DNA of 26,299 nt from positions 1 to 26,299 of IMG/VR virus record IMGVR_UViG_3300022871_000097. One strand, given 5' to 3'. Source of the DNA: a virus (lineage: Duplodnaviria > Caudoviricetes). A program made the translations under genes and the position numbers. The notes beneath the pieces are model-generated. The model worked only from the letters and a program-made list of their open reading frames with translations, was not told where the DNA came from and did not search any database. Of the stretch, positions 25,567-26,299 are shown piece by piece (the first letter of the stretch is position 1; each line of letters opens with the position of its first letter).

Positions 25567-26299
25567 GAATATATTGTGGTCATGATTCAAGCGATATTAT
25601 AAAATCCAACCGTGGCTATTTCCCTTGCAACAAAAAAGATGCGACTGATTTAAACCGCGAAGGTTTTGGAGTATTTTTTAGCGTTCATGATTTTACAGAC
25701 CTAAGACAATCGCAATATCTTAAAAAACTAAATGCGTGGTTTATCGATACCGACCATAAGCCGAAGCCTCACGTTATGAAGCAACTTGAAATATTCATGA
25801 CACCAACAAAGGTGGTTGAGTCTAAAAACGGGTATCATGCATACTGGGAATGTAGAGAAGACATTTTGGCCACACAAAACGGATTAGTCATGTATGAAAA
25901 CATACTTAGACGATTAGTGTATTATTTTGACAGCGATAAAAACGCTATGAAAATCACCCAAATATTACGTTTACCTGGGTTTTATCACATGAAAAATTCT
26001 AATGAACCGTTCAAAGTAAAAGAAGTGTTCTCAAGCAATAAAACATATACGCTCAAACAAATGGACTTAGCTTTGCCAGTTATTCCAAAACCAGAAGTTA
26101 AAATAAAGGCAAACGGTAATGTTCAAGGTGATGACTTTTGGGAAAGTGCTGGAAGGATAGGATGTACCTACGCATTATCATGCTTAAGCGGAGCAAACGA
26201 ATTGGCCTGTGATGCCATAACATTCAAAGATGTCAGAAATAAAAAGCACTTAATTATCAATGGCAAAAATAGGTCAGGATGTTGGATAGATGAAAACGA
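25563..26299 (+). CDS. RepB-type (AEP) DNA primase, 3' truncated (not in ORF track)
   Basis: GTGA overlap; GVFFSVH, AWFIDTD, PTKVVESKNGYHAYW and ILRLPGFYHMK motifs; open to window end. Confidence 0.85.
   Translation, partial: MRIYCGHDSSDIIKSNRGYFPCNKKDATDLNREGFGVFFSVHDFTDLRQSQYLKKLNAWFIDTDHKPKPHVMKQLEIFMTPTKVVESKNGYHAYWECREDILATQNGLVMYENILRRLVYYFDSDKNAMKITQILRLPGFYHMKNSNEPFKVKEVFSSNKTYTLKQMDLALPVIPKPEVKIKANGNVQGDDFWESAGRIGCTYALSCLSGANELACDAITFKDVRNKKHLIINGKNRSGCWIDEN

Overview
AT-rich (roughly 36% GC by eye) fragment of a tailed dsDNA phage or prophage of siphovirus type, standard genetic code. 1-15971 (+) is a late operon: portal C-terminus, two virion-morphogenesis paralogs, scaffold, major capsid, a head-proximal fibre-like cluster, neck, tail tube, frameshifting tail chaperone, tape measure, distal tail, hub and fibre genes, then small lysis-region genes. 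15979-23656 (-) is an accessory/early arm: NUMOD4-HNH endonuclease, HTH-Zn finger, amidase, pentapeptide-repeat protein, PD-(D/E)XK nuclease, a Tad1-like anti-defence sponge, many small cassette-like genes joined by a shared 16-bp motif, a tandem gene duplication, and a Gp157/DUF669/AAA_24 recombination module. 23725-end (+) is replication: initiator with internal iterons, RecA/DnaB-type helicase, RepB-type primase (truncated). Most unusual features: (i) two parallel clusters in which a DHGGxSGLxDDDHxQYLL protein is followed by signal-peptide-bearing fibre-like genes inside the virion operon; (ii) a Tad1-like gene fused in frame through a repeat-flanked cassette; (iii) a Trypco/DUF2589-like gene pair where lysis genes are expected. 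All family calls are from motif recognition by eye, not database searches. No integrase, tRNA or CRISPR array seen.
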